Assembly: GCF_006345805.1 (NCBI RefSeq)
Contig: NC_042997.1
Location: forward strand, 10,540,001 to 10,604,000
Direction of reading: 5' to 3'
DNA: 64,000 nt
From: Octopus sinensis
Lineage: Eukaryota
In this document: positions 25,872 to 40,974 of the stretch, in pieces
Layout of the letters: each line of letters opens with the position of its first letter
How positions within the stretch are numbered: the stretch's first letter is position 1
The notes under the pieces: model-generated
Seen by the model: only the letters and a program-made list of their open reading frames with translations
Databases searched by the model: none
Told to the model about the DNA's origin: nothing
Translations under genes and position numbers: made by a program

Positions 25872-27719
25872 ATGTTCAGTTGGATCAAGAGTGATGGAGT
25901 AAAAAAACCACCCATGTCGACTCGCGGCAGCACCGGTACCTAAAACAGTTAGCAAAAATATGTATTATGGTTGATTCTACTTGTACTTATTTCTACTATA
26001 TTGCTCATCAGATTCAATATTTCCTTAATGTTAGTCATATATAGGACCACTTTGTAAAATTTCATGCAACATAGATTTTGTACTGTGACATCAAATAATC
26101 TATTTTCTTATTTGTATTGGCAAAACAGTCATGTTTCACTAATCAGCTTTTCATAGGAATGGTGTTAAATTGGAGTTTTTGTAGCGTTATGCTGTTGAGA
26201 TATAAATGTCCATTTTACATGACAGTAGATAATCAGTTACCTTTCTCAAGTATATTATTCCAATATCTCAATGTCTAAGTGAACTGAAGATAAGTAGAAT
26301 TAAGTTTATTCCCTTCAAGCACGACAGACCGCTTGGTCATTCAGTGACTATATTTTCTTGTTGCCACGAAAAATATTATATTCACACACGCTGCATTGTC
26401 AACTTTCTTTACCCAAACTGACTCAAGTGAAATATATTTTAATTTTTACTCTCTGTGAATTTTGCATTTTCGTAAAACAATGAAGATGTCTAAATTTGAA
26501 TCAATCCTAATGTTACGTATCTTTTAGTAAATAGAGTGCAAAAAAATCATCCGATTAAAATCCACTGATTATATTTATTTTATGAAGTAATTTAAAGTAC
26601 TTCGCATAACTAGTTATGTTAGTTGTTCTATAGCATATTAACTATTATTTGAACAAAGCTGAAACTACAAATATTTGCCTTAATGAAATTATCAGTATGA
26701 TTTAATCGACAAGTAAAATTAGGTAGTCTTAGATCGCATTCTGTAAACGGTGGTTTCAATTTGCTGCATTAATATCATTAATAAGAGTGCGTATATGGCA
26801 TATACGAGCGAAATTCACTATACAATGGAACATAAGAATGCTAATTGAACACTTCGTATTCACATATTTACAAATTAAATATATTAAATAAGGCAAGTCT
26901 GTTAAGTGGTGTCTGACAAAATATAGGAGCGTACGAATTCGTTTACGAAAAAAGAAATGCAGCCTCTTGCTAATGACAAAGTATTCAAACAACAGTCATT
27001 GATGAGCGACTGATACTTCTACAGAAAACCTATTTACAGATCGTTGTATTGAATCCCTTAAGTGTTTGTATCTTCGTCTTAGATATGAAGTGTCATCATC
27101 TAGATACATTAGCCATAACCCTATCAGCTCGTTTGATTATTAACGTATGACATACTGACACATTCTGGTAAACAATACATTTTCATATAAATAGTTTCGA
27201 GGTTGCAAAAATTTTTCATAGATGTCATAGGTCGAGTAATTCGATAAACCTTTTTTAAATTCTGTGGTATAGAACACATTATTAATTTTCTGAAAGCAGC
27301 TTCTTAATTTAGGAGACAATTCTGACTATATAAGGAGGCTACAGTTCCCCTGTAATTATTGCAACACTTTAATAAATGCAGTTTACGTTGAATATTGGCA
27401 GCATATTATCAAATTTTGAAGATTATTTCTATAAAACACAATGAATTCAGCTGCTCTTCCAACAATATATGTGCGTGTGTGTATGTGTATGTGTGTAGTG
27501 CGTGTGTCTATGCGGACATATAAAGAAAATACTATCACTCTACTATTACTACATGAGTGGCACTCACTTAAATTATTCACAGTTGCTCATAATGCGAAGT
27601 ATGACTGTTCCTTCTACCCAGGAATAGTAAATATTTCAGCCCTTAACAGCTACTGACGCTCCTCAAGAAGCAACAAAAACTGCAATGAAACAGGACTCAA
27701 AAACCCGGAACAGCGCGGC

Positions 27720-28050
27720 TGCTATGCATTCCGACATCATGGACCACGTCCAAGGAAAGGCCACTAGACTGATTGGTTCTCAGTTACTAAAGAACATACC
27801 ACAGCGCTCTGTCTGTTCTTTCTGCCTTTTCAAACGTTACTACAATGGACTCTGTTCCATGGATAGACTTGTAGCTATTCAGGCACCCCCAACCCACTTG
27901 TCTCTCCACCTTATTATGTCAAAATCTCTGCCCGGTCTCGCAATAATCACTATGCCTAGTATGTAGGCTCTGGAATTTTCTTGCTTATGCCTTTCCCCGC
28001 AACGCTAAGCTGCAACGGTTTACACTGAACGCTGTCCAGAAAGACTTATA
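27720..28050 (+). mobile_element. LINE (Jockey/CR1 supergroup) RT C-terminal fragment
   Basis: MDHVQGKATRLIG...RSVCSFCLFKRYYNGLCS resembles the LDRVQRRA.RLI...R.V.SL..FYRYY.G.CS motif. Confidence 0.65.
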
Positions 28051-28289
28051 AAGGCCATGGTCACAGTCCTTCCGTTGAAAAAGACAGTGAATTTATATAC
28101 ATACACATACTAATAAAGACACTCACGCATGCATATATGCATATACACACACATATGTATATATATATACACACATGTATACATACATACATACATACAT
28201 ACATACATACATACATACATACATACATACATACATACATACACATACAGTCGCCATGATTGATTGCTAAATCCATAAGTTTGTTTTCC

Positions 28290-28450
28290 TTCTCTCTCTG
28301 TTTATTTCCTCGTGTTGCTTTCTGTTAAAGAGCCTAGGCTCGATACATAAGAGACTTTCTCACCTTCCCGAGCGTCAAACTAATACACCTGCTTGTTGTT
28401 TATACACCTGTCTTTGTCTTTTGTTTTTCTGTAAATTTCAAATATATATA
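28290..28450 (+). mobile_element. PLE-terminus-like short repeat (same family as 4345), decayed HHR-like motif
   Basis: CTTTCTGTTAAAGAGCCTAGGCTCGATACATAAGAGAC...CCCGAGCGTCAAACTAATACACCTG, with a TA tail. Confidence 0.6.
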
Positions 28451-29040
28451 TTTGTTCGTGCCTTTTTCTTGGAATGCCTACTATATCAGGACTTTAACCA
28501 ATATGGTTATACGTAGGTTGCACCTAAGGACTTGCTCTCATGGATCTACGCAGGATTGCACCTAAGGACTCATGCTCTGGTTTCTATAACTTCGGAAAGT
28601 TGAACTATGAACTTTTATGCTTCTTTTTTCTTCTCTCTTTCCATCTCCTCATTCGTTTACTCCCTTCCTCTATGTTGTCATCTTATTAGTATATACCATT
28701 CTCATTTTTCTATATTTACTCCTCTATTTGTCTCTGATGACGGAATATCCTATACTCGGGGATATCCCAGAAACAGCTGAAAGAATTTTAATTTCTTCCT
28801 ATAATAATATTGTATATGACTTGAGATGTTTGCCTTGCCTTAATGTTCGATGTCCTGTTTAACAATTATATATATATACATATATATGTATATATATATA
28901 GGTAGATATATATATATATATACTATTTATCATATATATGTATACATATATTCCTCTCTCTATATGTGTATGATATATATAGTATATATGTAGTGTATTT
29001 AAGTATATACTATGCATTCTATAGATAAAGATACACACAC

Positions 29041-29118
<78 letters not shown>

Positions 29119-30354
29119 TACATATGCATATTTGCTTAAATATGTACACACTCATACGTTACTGTATCGATTATTTTCAATAAATTAAAAGAATTAACTT
29201 CGCAGAAGAGTTAGAAGTGGTCTTTATACAGTACTGAAGAAGATAGAGAAACGGTTACTTATGTTTCGTACTTGTTTATGCTGAATACAACTTTAAGACT
29301 CATTAGACTCATTAAGACTACGACTTTTCATTTAATAAAACAAATACCAGTCTGAGAACCAATATGGCTCTTTAGAATATGAATTTTATAAAATCATAAT
29401 ATTTCAATTAAAAATAATGACACGAACTAATCACATATGAAAAATAAGGGAAAGGAATGCTGACTACAACATCAAATGGAGATGTTCATATAGTTGGCGA
29501 CAATAATACTTTAAATTTTTTTCAACCAACCCATGTTTTAGATATTATAATACCTCACAATGAATACTAAATTTATGATTGCTACAAATTAATTAGGAAA
29601 CTAATTGCATAAAAAAACAGCATTGGAAACCAACTTATTATTACAATTTTAAAAATAATGCAATCTGCTTATCAATTCTCATTTTTTATCATTCATAATC
29701 TTAATACAAGCAATACATTTTAATCTTTATTAGATCTAGCGTTGTTTTACGTATTAACTTCAATATTATTTTTATCCTGATATTTTTTTCTTTCTAATCT
29801 CAATATCTTTGCTATTTTATTATTTTTCGAAATATTAATAGCTGTTTGTGTTTCTTTCACTTTTTTCTTTGGTTTTTTTTTTTTTTGCGTTTTTTGCATC
29901 GAGCGCAACTTGCAATTAAATCGGATGTTAATAAAATCCATCATAAAAAGAGGAAATGGTAATGTGCAGAAGAACTGAGCAGCTTTTTCGGAGGACATAA
30001 TTTCAAGACTTCATATTAAAAATTGCAAGTGCTTCAGATGAATCTAAATTTGCAGACTCTGCCACGCTAACCTGTTATGTATGAAGCAGGAGAAACAGTT
30101 GTTTTATGAAAATCAGACAAAGATGCAATTTAAAATGAAAATGACTGAGAATTATTGGCTGATGGATTGTGGCTTGCAAAAAGAAAAAAACAAAGAATGA
30201 TTACTAAACAAGAACTAAAGCAATTTAATAACAAATGTGGCTTAAGTTTTGTCTTCCAATTTATTATTTTACTTTCACTTTGAAATTTCGTTAAGGATAA
30301 AGCAAAACAAAAATGTGGAGCAAACTCTATCAAATAAGACTTTAGATAAAATAA

Positions 30355-30358
30355 TGTA

Positions 30359-30430
<72 letters not shown>
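30355..30430. repeat. (TG)n microsatellite
   Basis: Directly visible. Confidence 0.95.
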
Positions 30431-30433
<3 letters not shown>

Positions 30434-31739
30434 CAATGACTTCAACTTAAAAGAAATTCAATTTTCTCTTGTGTTTACATAGAAGACAAAAGACTGCATT
30501 TTTGTCAAATGAGGTTGATTGTTTACCAACGTTATCTCATGGAAAAAAACTGATGCACTGTGAAAATTTTAAAAACGTGCATTGATAATAAAACTTCAAG
30601 AAAGTATATCTATATGAAAAGTTCAGGTATATCTAATTTTTAATGTGATCTTATATATTCAATTTAACTATATCTTCTTTATGATATAACTAAAGAAAAT
30701 TAGCTTATGCTTTACCATCGAGCAATATGAAACAGCAGAAGAATACACATCTGTGTAGAAGCATTTCTGATTTCTGAGCTCTCTATTAGGTTTTGTATTC
30801 GCTAAACCAGCTATCACTCTACAAATATTGAACATACTACTTAAAAGCGAACAAGCTGCACGCAGTCACACCACGCGATTGAAACAACAGACCACAAATT
30901 ACTTCCTGCTCCTAAGCAGGACATATTGGATGATGTAGGCCAAGATAAAATGTCTAAAAATAAGATGGGATGGTCAAAGAAGTATTGTTACTCAGAGATC
31001 TACTAGATCTGGGATGATTTGAGTTAATCAACAACTCTAAACGAATTTACAAGTCTTGCATGGTGTCAATACCACTGTATTAATTGTTTCTCAGAGAATT
31101 GTGTAGTGGCTAAAACTAAACTCTCATTTGACATTATATGATTTTATGACTGACAGCTTGTTTTATGCCAGTGATAAGGTAATACTTTACATATGACGAT
31201 TTTTTCTATATCCTTCAACTAAATACAACGCTGATGTATCGCATATATGGTTTAATACAGGAAGAATTTAATTCACTTTGAAGTAGATATCATTGATATT
31301 TATGGCATTGATCACAGTAGGTATATTGGACATTTACAGCCAGGAAGGCCAGTCTCAAACCAACTATACCAGTTTTGTTGTCAAGGGATTGTTCGATCCT
31401 TTTTAGCTAACCATTCAAAATTTTCTGAAAATCTAAAATTAATGTGTATATATATTTAACTTCTTATTTATAAACATTAATAATTATAGCCAAACTTGAT
31501 GTGTTGTAAACCGAGACTCTTCTTTAACTTCATTCACACACTTTCAAGATCGCATTTCTTTAACGAAGGATTTGATTGATATAATACAACTCAACTCACG
31601 GAACATGAATTTATCTTATTTTGTGAAATATATTAAATCAATTTTGCCAACAGAAAATGATTTATTTGGAGAAATCTTCATTAATATATTATTACAATTG
31701 TTGTATTGGTCATTTAAATAAGTCAAGAGCGACTCTGTT

Positions 31740-31827
<88 letters not shown>
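31740..31827. repeat. (GATA)n microsatellite
   Basis: Directly visible. Confidence 0.95.
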
Positions 31828-33052
31828 GGACTTTTTCCTAATAAAATCTCATATTGCTGCCTTTGTTTCTAGAAATAATTCATTTCGTTTATTTTAAATT
31901 AATTTCGGTATTTTATTTGCAAAAAAAATTGTTTTCGCTGTTTTTAAAATATATTTACATTTCTTTATTTATTTTCCACCATTCACGATATTGATTTTTC
32001 AACAAAACCAATTACACTTAATACAAAATTACATATTTAAAAATAAACCCCCTCCTCGTTTGATTACGAAATCTCTAAGTAGAGGGGGAATGCAATAAAA
32101 TAATTTTACAGCATCTACTATAAAAATCAACAAACGTAAATTTTCATCTCTGCTTTTATGGAGTTTGTTAATATCATTTATTTCTTTGCTTACTTATTTA
32201 TTCCGTTCTTGTTTATTTATGAAGACTTGTTTTACACTACACACTGACGTCAGACCTGAAAATTGTTGGTGATTGTTTAAATACTTTTTTCGGCTGATAA
32301 CTTAAACAAAATAAGCAGAAAAATGTTATTACGACACGAACAAAAAAATGTAATTCTTAAAGTTAGATAAAAAGAATGCACGCTCAAGCAATTTTGATTT
32401 TAAAAAATATGTAAACTGAAGCTAGTCATCGTTGTAAAATTTTATAAGCAAAATCTTTGAAAATACATTAACTAGTTAATCCGATTTTGTGCAGTATAGA
32501 ACATAAATAATTATGGTTCATAATTTGCTAACTAAATCAGTTAGTGATGTCGTGTATAAGTAAGCAGACGAGCCGAAATGATGCGATTTGGCTTTAATTG
32601 CAATTTAGAGGTACTAGTGAAACTGCTGGTGGTCTGGTTTTTTATCCTGATAAGTAGACGAGACAGGATATAAACTTCATATATCAGTATATAGAACAAT
32701 AAAAAAAACTAAAGTAAAATAAAATATTTAGTGATACCGCTAAACTAATAAGAACAGAAATAAAGAACACCACAACGCTGATAAAATCTGAATAGTAACT
32801 GATTTTCAATAGATCCAGTCGCAAAAGCGCGACGATGTTTTTTGACGCATTGTAGTGAACAGAATTACAGAAAAAACGTAACAGTTTATGTGTTCTTTAA
32901 AGACAACTTCAACTCATGATCTCACATCAAGTTACTTGCCAAAAAATCACCGAAATTATTTTCCCCCTTTTTCTTAAAGTATTAGATGGCAAGTATGGAC
33001 ATGTGTATAACATATTTCCTTTATTTCGTTTTTTATTTCCTTCACTCATTAG

Positions 33053-33080
33053 ACTGCGGCTGTGCTGGGTCACGGGCGAA
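33053..33080 (+). other. Candidate 28-nt exon (unassigned)
   Basis: Long pyrimidine tract ...TTTTATTTCCTTCACTCATTAG, a GC-rich 28-mer open in all frames, and donor GTATGT. No protein recognised. Confidence 0.25.
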
Positions 33081-33749
33081 GTATGTCCTCGCAGTAACTT
33101 GGTGCTGTGGTAATAAACAAATAGATCAGAAAACATACAGTAATCTATAATGTTGGTGTACAACAATCGAAATGTTGAGGAATTAAATATTGCTGAGTCA
33201 CCCTCCTCATATCAAACGATATATAAGTGGGTGGCGGGCTAGCATATTTAATGCATGAAGCATTGACATAGTATATTCAAATACACACTGGCAATCTAAT
33301 GATTTGGTCAACTGTATTTCTCGACTTAATATTAATTCGTCGCTATTTCTCTTTATCACGGAATTCAATAACTTCCCAGAAACAATGAAAGAATCAATTA
33401 TTAACCGATAATATTTGGAAAAGGATTGTGATTTGATCAAAAATGACAAGGTAGAGCGCCAGGGTAGTTGCCTTACAGTTTTTCATGTTGTCTCGCTTAT
33501 TTTGAGTTTATTCCTAACGGAATCAACGACAACTTCTTCGAATGACTTCGATCAAATATTTGCCAGTCATGTTCATGCATATCTTAGATTAATTATTTCG
33601 ACCACGACAAACTTGTAGCTTTATATATCTCTCTCAGAGATTGTTGACTGTGTGAAATTAATAAAATCATTATGAGGATGACTAATGAATGAAGAATGTA
33701 CGTAATCAAAATAAAACTCTCTTAAAAAACCGTAATCTACATTCTAGTG

Positions 33750-34065
33750 CAGCACTTCCCAAACTGTGCCACGCTACGCATGGGTTCACCACAAAACATA
33801 TTGAAGTGCAACAAGAATTTTAAAGCAAAAATGTTTAATCTAATACTTTGAAAAATCCATACCAATACTTGAGCAACTTGAAAAACAATATTCCCAATTT
33901 TGTTATACATAATTACCATTAACAAACGAAGGTAATCGATAGTTTTCCTTCTTTTTTTCCTAAACATTCAACTTTAAAATATTTCTTTAACTTTCCAAGC
34001 GAAGAGCGCCAACATTTTTATTTGATCTCCAGTGCATCACGCAGTCAAAAGATTGGGAAACGCTG
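33750..34065. mobile_element. hAT-Charlie-like MITE (316 bp)
   Basis: TIRs CAGCACTTCCCAAAC and (reverse complement) CAGCGTTTCCCAATC match 12/15. The 8-bp flanks TTCTAGTG / GTCTAATT resemble an NTCTAGAN target. Confidence 0.7.
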
Positions 34066-34656
34066 GTCTAATTAAGACAGGAATCTCTCTCCTATCAAAT
34101 AAAGCGAAGGGCTAAAGCCCACACGATTTCTATACACTTGTAGTTGGTACGGTTAAGGTAACGGATTGAACTTGGTTGAAAATGAATTCTTATGGGTCAA
34201 TACTTTAATACATTACTATTACGTTAATAATGAAATAATCAACAGAGTAATTCTAGAGATAAAAGATACACGAAGGAAACAATTGTGACACAATATTGGA
34301 GAAAACTGAAAGAACAGATATCGTGTAAGGCCTTGTAGTTCGTATTAGTATCTAGATAAATAGATCTGTCCTATTGCTATTCTTGCGTGTCCCCACAAAA
34401 GCCTGGTTTAGTAAGTTTTTGATCATATGTATTCAAACCAAGATCAGCCTGTCTGTAATTTCTTGGCACCATCTATTTGAGACTAACTATACTATTTAAT
34501 GTCTTTTTTTTAAACGGCAGATACTGGTTTGAGGAAGATTTGACTGTTATCTCTAGGGAATCAAAAGAACCTATTGCTCTCAGAGAGTTTGATCAGTGAA
34601 TTGTAAATGCAACGAGCTGAAATTTAGTGCGCGTACACAAACATACCTCGCCACAC

Positions 34657-34689
<33 letters not shown>

Positions 34690-34709
34690 ACACACACACA
34701 CACACACAT

Positions 34710-34750
<41 letters not shown>

Positions 34751-35205
34751 CATACATATATACATACATATGTGAACATAAGCATATGTACGTGTGTATG
34801 CATGTGAGTGCGTATTATTTTTGTTACTGTTTTACTATGTATTTGCTTACTTTATACTAAGCGTCTAACAATGAAAATCAGGTTTGAAACCGATTTCTTG
34901 TTATCTTTATTTCAATTCTATTGCTGTTCTTAGATAAGAAGTAAACATCATAACTTGCCTTTATTTTTGAAATGGATAGGGCACTTCACCCTCTGTGGGA
35001 TAACTCTTGCCATACGATAAGTCAATCAATTTATTTATTTATCTCTTTGCTGTTTGTATAAATCATAATTGTATCCACATGTATGCATATTTCTCGAGTT
35101 CTTTGTTGTATAAGAGTCACACAGGCACACGCATACTCACACATGTGTAACGTAAATAGATACGTACATACATAGACAGACAGATACATACGCAGACAGA
35201 CAAGC

Positions 35206-35928
<723 letters not shown>

Positions 35929-36136
35929 GTTTCAAAAGTTACTATGGAAACAATACAAAGTTGTAGTTATAAGTTTAATAAAAGATTAAGAAAATGAACT
36001 TGCATTTGACGTTTCAAGCTTCCGCACTTTTTCAGGAAGTTGATCACAAAGAAGAACGTGGAGTTTAAAGGAAGGAGACAAAAACAAGAATAACGAAAAG
36101 ATATTCTGTTATTCTGTATCAAAGATACATTTATAT

Positions 36137-36594
36137 AGGCGCATGTATGACTGTTGTTAACAAGCTTGCTTCCGAAACATATTGTCTTGGGTTAAGTCCT
36201 ATTGTGCAGCACCTTAAGCAAGTGCCTTCTCTTATAGCCCCAGACCGACCAAAGTCTTGTGAATGAATTTGGTAGATGAAAACTGAAGGAAGTCTGTCGT
36301 ATATACAAATATGTATTTGTGTGTCTGTGTGTGTATGTGTGGATATATATAAATGTATGTATGCATGCATGTGTCTTCATGTTTCTGTTTATCCCTCCAC
36401 AACTACTTGACATCTGATAGTTGTTAATGTTACAGTGGGGGACAAACCCCTCCATAACATTAGTGGTTCGGCAAATCAGAAACCGATAAAATAACTAACA
36501 AGCTTTAAAATACGTATTGGTGGGGTCGATTTTTCTACTAAACATTTTAAGGCAGTGCCCCAGCAGTCGAAATGACTGAAACAAGTGAAAGATA
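36137..36594 (+). mobile_element. SINE family A, full composite copy (tRNA head + internal TA/TG microsatellite + 3' tail)
   Basis: AGGCGCA head to CTGTCG (~36300), a microsatellite, then ...GTGGTTCGGCAA...GGGGTCGATTT...AAATGACTGAAACAAGTGAAAG. Confidence 0.75.
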
Positions 36595-36954
36595 TATCAG
36601 TTTTTTTGTTTCTTATTGCTGAGTTAGCTCGCTTTTGTGAATGAGATGAGGTGACAAATGAATTATGCACGTCATTGATGTAATCCGAGTATCGTGAAAA
36701 CAAATCCTTATCTTCGAATGAATAACTATATTCTATAACATACATGGAGTATTGCTTCTTCCTTTCGTAAACCTAAGTTTGTTTGTATACTGGATAATTT
36801 TCTTATACCTAAAGGTTTTGTACTGATGGCTTAGTCAACTGTGCTCAAGAGTTAGTCTGAAATCATCAAGTTCACACACATGTAACAGTGTACACACTTC
36901 TAGCACATGTGTATATTCTATATTTGCCAGCTTTGTAATCAGCTCATGTACTAT

Positions 36955-37036
<82 letters not shown>

Positions 37037-37092
37037 ATACACACACAAACAAACAAACAAACACGCGCACGCACCTGAGGCGAAAATTAGAT

Positions 37093-37142
37093 GGGTGCTG
37101 ATGAAGGGCCAAAAAAAAAACGAAATATGGCTTGTACACTCA
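37093..37142 (+). ncRNA. Type-I hammerhead-like motif with intact core but eroded stem II
   Basis: GGGUG-CUGAUGA-AGGGCC(A10)C-GAAA-UAUGGCUU-GUA/CACUC. Stem I has 5 pairs including one G.U, and stem III has 3 pairs. Confidence 0.45.
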
Positions 37143-37267
37143 TTACCCATTTTTGCCTTCGATCTCATTGTTTGTTAACATCTGACGTCTCGATATGAAA
37201 CGTTGTAGCAAAAATAAGTGCTGGCTATAATTTCTATAGAATATCTGTAGAAATAACCATAACAAAA

Positions 37268-37650
37268 TGGAAGCACTCCGTCGGTTCCGACGACGAGGGT
37301 TCCGGTTGATCCGAATCAACGGAACAGCCTGCTCGTGAAATTAACGTGTAAGTGGCTGAGCACTCCACAGACACGTGTAACCTTAACGTAGTTCTCGGGA
37401 TATTCAGCGTGACACAGAGAGTGACAAGGCCGGCCCTTTGAAATACAGGTACAACAGAAACAGGAAGTAAGAGTGAGAGAAAGTTGTGGTGAAAGAGTAC
37501 AGCAGGGATCACCACCACCCCCTGCCGGAGCCTCGTGGAGCTTTAGGTGTTTTCGCTCAATAAACACTCACAACGCCCGGTCTGGGAATCGAAACCTCGA
37601 TCCTACGACCGCGAGTCCGCTGCCCTAACCACTGGGCCATTGCGCCTCCA
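37268..37650 (-). mobile_element. tRNA-derived SINE family C, full length (tail type 2)
   Basis: TGGAGGCGCAATGGCCCAGTGGTTAGGGCAGCGG...GGTTTCGATTCCC. The body matches 9789-9960, but the tail is different and ends CCGACGGAGTGCTTCCA. Confidence 0.9.
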
Positions 37651-38015
37651 CCATAACAAAATAATGTAAAAAGTACTGCTAACGCAGTAGAACGTGGTGT
37701 AGACCTATAAAGACATTTAATATGCCTTATAGCATATTATGGTTGCAAAACGAAATTCCACGTACCTACGAGTCATTAAAGAGAACTAGGGTATCACGTT
37801 AAGACAGAAAACGAGACGGTAAGGATTTTGAACAGTAAGGTAGTGAGTGTAAGGAAATTCAGTGGTAAGTTATATTTTTAGATAAAAGACTGTTCTTGAA
37901 AGGTAAATAGACATGTCTTTCTAGGGCACTCTTTTCTTTGAAAATCCTAACATGCCCCTGAAATTTCTAACTCAATACAAACACACACACACACACAGAG
38001 AAACACATATATATA

Positions 38016-38222
38016 TTCTTTTACTCTTTTGCTTTTTCACTCACTGAACTGCAGCCATGATAGGTCACTTCCTTGAAGGGTTATAGTCGAATGAATCGAC
38101 GTCTTTCTTTTTCTTTTTAAATATAGTATTTATGCTATCTGTTTCTTTTGCCGAACCGCTAGGTACGGGGACGTAAACACACCACTCCAGTTGTCAACCG
38201 GGGCGGGGTGGGGGACAAACAC

Positions 38223-38281
<59 letters not shown>

Positions 38282-38425
38282 GTACGACGGGCTTCTACCA
38301 TTTTCCGTCTACCAAATCCGGTTTCGGTCGGGCTGAGGCTATAGTAGAAAACACTTGCCCGAGGTGCTATACAATGGGACTGAACCTGGAACCATGTGGT
38401 TGGGAAGCAAGCTTCTTACCACACA
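38016..38425 (-). mobile_element. SINE family A composite copy (head 38283-38425, microsatellite, tail 38016-38220)
   Basis: Same three-part layout as 36137-36594 in the opposite orientation. Confidence 0.8.
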
Positions 38426-38505
38426 CCGATTTCATGTTGAATGACATTTATCTCTCACTGGATAGAACACATTTTGTTACTTCTACCTATAATGAAACAT
38501 TAACT

Positions 38506-38536
<31 letters not shown>

Positions 38537-39817
38537 GTGTGTGTGTGTGTGTATATGAATACGTACATACGTATGTGCATATACATTCACATATGGACAC
38601 ACACACACACACACAAACATACACACTCACACATATATATATATATAATGATCAATTTACAGAGCTAATGCCCTTTATTCTTGTTGCATTGGCGGAGAAT
38701 ATATATACAGACATATAGGGAGACAGAAAGCGAGACAGGATTGATAAGAGTGCGCATACAGAAGAGACAATGGGACACAGAGACAACGAGAGAGAGAGAG
38801 AGAGAGAGAGATCTTGGAGCAGATGAATACAATCTTATTGTAATATCTAAGGCAAGTAGGTTCAACGTTAATACAAAAAGATGACAAAAAAACATCTTCT
38901 GATACACATAATTTGCATAATTTGTCTTCAAAGCTTCACCAATTCGGCATATCCAGAAATATATTAGAAAATACTTCCCATATAATACGAGTAGTTTCCA
39001 CAGAAACCTTCAGCCGTAAAATCAATTTAAAACCGAGATAATATAATGTAGATGAGTTCTTATTCCCATGTCAATTTTCTATGTATATTTCAACAGATGA
39101 TATATGTCTGTATGTTTGTGTGTGTGTATATACATCTGTGTCTCTGTATGTTGAATGTATGTACGTTTGTATTTATGCATGTACGTATGTGCTGTGTTCA
39201 TATATTTATACATGTATACATACATATATATATATATTTAAGTATGCATATACATACATATGAATACTTACGTACATATATACATAGATTCACACATACA
39301 CACATACAACATACGTACTAGATCTTCAGATAGACTTGATGAATCAGTCTTAAATTTCAATATATCATGTTGCTTAAGCATTCCTTCAACTAGTTTATGA
39401 CATATCATACAAATAACTTAGTTTTAAATTCAGATTTTTTTCTCAGTTTATTTCAGATTTGATTTAAAACCGAATTTATTTATTGTTTTAATTCAAATTT
39501 CTTGTAAAATTCTGTTGGAAATGTAATAAAGATTTTAATGATGCAAATAGATTCACATCGTTATAGTTTGTTGAGATTTATTGATGAGATACTCTGACAG
39601 ACCCTTTCGTGTCCTCTTTTTCTATATTTTATTTCTGTATTTGTTTGTAATCAAGTAGAGAAAAAGAATAAACAGCATAAATTCTTTCTAGCATTACTGT
39701 TTAAAACAAACACGAAATTTAATTCAATAAAAAAAAAGTAGCTCCCGTGTTTGTTACGAAATTGCACGAAGGTTTGAACATATAATCATATTTCCTTTTC
39801 TTTTCTTGTACGTACAG

Positions 39818-39875
39818 AAGTTAGCATCATGATATCATTGACAGGAAAGAAATTCTATTTCCTTTCAGAAACCCT
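39818..39875 (+). other. Candidate 58-nt exon (unassigned)
   Basis: Acceptor TTTCCTTTTCTTTTCTTGTACGTACAG and donor GTAAGT. One open frame (VSIMISLTGKKFYFLSET). Confidence 0.3.
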
Positions 39876-40974
39876 GTAAGTACTGTGTTGATAAAGCTTC
39901 TCTCTTAATTGTCATTATATAATATTTGATTTCCCTAAGCTATCCAAGTCGAGGAACATCTTCGCTTATAAACAATAAGAATTTCTTTGTTTTAGTTTAG
40001 AGAAAGCTATTCGTTTTTCACGGGTATGGGAAAGAAAACATTACCATAAATATTGTTTACTGCCACGTTTTTTGTACATTCATCTCCAGTTCGACTACAA
40101 ATTTTCCCAGGAATTTCTGTTCTTGTAACAATAACTCCAAGTGGGGTTGAGTGCACCATTTTCTTTAAGGATTATATGGAGAAATGTGTATGTATTCTAC
40201 ATCTGATTTTCCTTGTTGCATGATCTTTTGTTGTTTCTGGTGTTTGGAGAGCACTCATACAGAATATTAGTTGAGTGAGTTATTGAAAGTATATGCTACG
40301 CAGAGAGTGTGCCGAAGTTTGTACAAAAGACAAGCTCTTTGTCATGTGACACTGCGTAAAGAAAACTGGTATTAAACCCGTGTTTGTCTGTACCCGTACG
40401 CGTATTTATCTTTATCTGTATACTCGTACAACCACTAATTTGTCCTATCGTATGTCGTTCATTTAATTTCTAAATGCATATATTCATACGTGCTTTTGTA
40501 CATAAATAGCCGTTTCTGATAATTATTTCTTTATAGGCGCCCATATATCATTAGCTATCCATCTATTCTTAGAAACCATGATATTTTTTTTAGATTAGCA
40601 ACCTGTTGCATACCTGTTTACCAATTAAAATCCATTGATCAATATTCTCCTTCAGATTTTAACTACTCTGTACGACTCGTTGCTTTTCACGCTTATAAAC
40701 CAAAGCACACTCGTAATTAAAGTGAATAAACTCTAAAACAAACCTATTTTCTAAGCACTAATACTACTATTCCATAAACATGACATTTAATTTCTTTTTT
40801 AGTCTACCTGTTCCCATCTTTTACCATCACTATTTCTAAACATATCAATACTAAGCAATAACCACATGAAGTCATTCCAAATTCTGTATCCCGACCTAGT
40901 ATTAGCATAAAACTAAAAACAAAAATGTTCTTATTTCCCTGTTACCTAGATAATAACTAATGTACTTTTGCTTC

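Noticed and set aside
40258-40352. Strong minus-strand acceptor and GTATGA donor as the next exon after 42987
   Set aside because: All three frames contain stops before the donor.
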